Shown: positions 62,614 through 64,000 of the stretch, piece by piece
How the letters are laid out: each line of letters opens with the position of its first letter
Position numbering within the stretch: the stretch's first letter is position 1
Assembly (NCBI GenBank): GCA_902623255.1
Contig: CACNSY010000001.1
Span: 152,328-216,327 of the forward strand
Length of the DNA stretch: 64,000 bases
Direction: 5' to 3'
Source: an uncultured Alphaproteobacteria bacterium
GTDB lineage: Bacteria; Pseudomonadota; Alphaproteobacteria; HIMB59; GCA-002718135
Made by a program: the position numbers and the translations under genes
The notes under the pieces: generated by a model
Seen by the model: the letters and a program-made list of their open reading frames with translations, nothing else
Database searches by the model: none
Told to the model about the DNA's origin: nothing

Positions 62614-63991
62614 ACTTATAATTTACACCGCTTAGAGATAACTGATTTTCGATAATTGCTATCAAAGACTTAAGGCCTTCTTGAGAAGTTGACTCTGCTC
62701 TACAGGTTAGTTGGTTTTGGGTATTACTAGCTCTCATTAGAAACCATCCATCATCATTTTCAACTCTTATACCGTCAATATCTATTATTTTACCTTCAGT
62801 ATTTTTTATTCTTTCTTTTATTTCTTTAATAATTAAAAATTTTTTTGTTTCATCAACATCAAACCTTGTTTCAGGAGTCGAATAAGTTTTTGGATATATA
62901 TTAATTAACTCATTCAAGGATTTTTCTTGATTACATAATATTCGCAATAAGCGTAACGCAACATACATTGCATCATCGTAACCATAAAAATCATCTGCAT
63001 AACATACATGACCGCTCATTTCTCCTGATAAAGGCGATTTTAATTCTTTCATTTTTTCTTTTATTGGAGAGTGACCAGTTTTAGACATAATAGGATCACA
63101 ATTAATTTTTTTTGCTTCATCAAAAAAAACTTTACTACATTTAACATCCATAATTATTTTTGGGTTATCGTATAAGTTAGTAATTTCTGTGCATAGTAAT
63201 AACATGTACTGATCTGCCCAAACTAAATTCCCTAAGTTGTCTACAACACCCAAACGATCTCCATCTCCATCAAAAGCAAGACCTATGTCACAACTGTTAT
63301 TTTTGACTGCCTTAATCAATTGTTCCATATTTTTTGGAACAGTTGGGTCTGGATGATGATTAGGGAAATTTCCATCAACTTCTTCATTAATTAATATGTT
63401 TTCAGAATTATTTAAATTATTTGTAACTTCCTTAATAACAGCTCCCATCGCACCATTACCAATATCCCAAGCAATCTTAATTTTTTTATTGAGATTAATA
63501 TTTTGTAATAATCTTTTGGTATATTCAATTTTAATATCTTTATTAATAATTTCACCTTCGATTAATTTTAAATCATTTTGATCAATTAATTTTTGAAGAC
63601 TTTGAATGTCTTCAGCATAAAAAGAATGCTTATTTAAAACCATTTTAAAGCCATTGTATTCCGAAGGATTGTGAGACCCTGTTACCATTATAACTGCGTC
63701 TGCTTTAAGGTGAAAATGGGCAAAGTAAGTCATTGGCGTAGGACCCATACCAATATTAATAACTTTAGCCCCTGAATCTTTTAAACCTTCGCAAAGTGCT
63801 TTATGTAAATCTGGTGATGTTAATCTTCCATCATAGCCAGTAGCTATTTTATTAGATTTTAATCGATTAATTACAGTGTATCCAAATGTTCTTCCTATTG
63901 TATATGCCGTATTTTGATTAATATTATCTCCAACTACTCCTCTGATGTCATACTCTCTGAGGACCTCTTTATCAAAATTTTCAATTTTCAA
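62603..63991 (-). CDS. Phosphomannomutase/phosphoglucomutase (AlgC/ExoC-like)
   Basis: REYDIRG, TGSHNP, DGDGDR, GEMSGH, RASNT. Confidence 0.94.
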   Translation of the reverse strand: MKIENFDKEVLREYDIRGVVGDNINQNTAYTIGRTFGYTVINRLKSNKIATGYDGRLTSPDLHKALCEGLKDSGAKVINIGMGPTPMTYFAHFHLKADAVIMVTGSHNPSEYNGFKMVLNKHSFYAEDIQSLQKLIDQNDLKLIEGEIINKDIKIEYTKRLLQNINLNKKIKIAWDIGNGAMGAVIKEVTNNLNNSENILINEEVDGNFPNHHPDPTVPKNMEQLIKAVKNNSCDIGLAFDGDGDRLGVVDNLGNLVWADQYMLLLCTEITNLYDNPKIIMDVKCSKVFFDEAKKINCDPIMSKTGHSPIKEKMKELKSPLSGEMSGHVCYADDFYGYDDAMYVALRLLRILCNQEKSLNELINIYPKTYSTPETRFDVDETKKFLIIKEIKERIKNTEGKIIDIDGIRVENDDGWFLMRASNTQNQLTCRAESTSQEGLKSLIAIIENQLSLSGVNYKFTV

Positions 63992-64000
63992 TTTATTTTC

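Overview
Very AT-rich, gene-dense (streamlined) alphaproteobacterial chromosome segment, probably a marine HIMB59/SAR11-like or Rhodospirillales-related lineage; this placement is inferred from synteny and tRNA-His features, not from a search. Left part is core genome: nuoA-H, tRNA-Asp/Val, hupB-lon-clpX-clpP-tig, tRNA-Leu/His, aminotransferase-glnB-glnA, parE, glpK, murA-hisG-hisD-infA-yacG-tRNA-Phe and an MntR/Mn-transporter pair. The middle (about 32.8-54 kb) is accessory and catabolic. It holds a sugar-type ABC importer co-oriented with two tandem ~720-aa ADP-ribosylglycohydrolase-family proteins, an aldo/keto reductase, an MFS permease and a divergent HpcH aldolase; three GST-superfamily genes (one mu-like); a tandem pair of internally duplicated hypothetical proteins; and a second sugar ABC system with unusual permease insertions. 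The right end is core again (pdxJ, cyclophilin, clpS-clpA, dac, pgm/pmm). Main highlights: (1) the ARH-based uptake/catabolism operon of unknown substrate; (2) a tandem glutamine (glnA-motif) riboswitch plus candidate terminator in front of a glnA that looks non-alphaproteobacterial, next to a PII protein with a remodelled T-loop. No CRISPR array, rRNA, integrase or IS element was seen.
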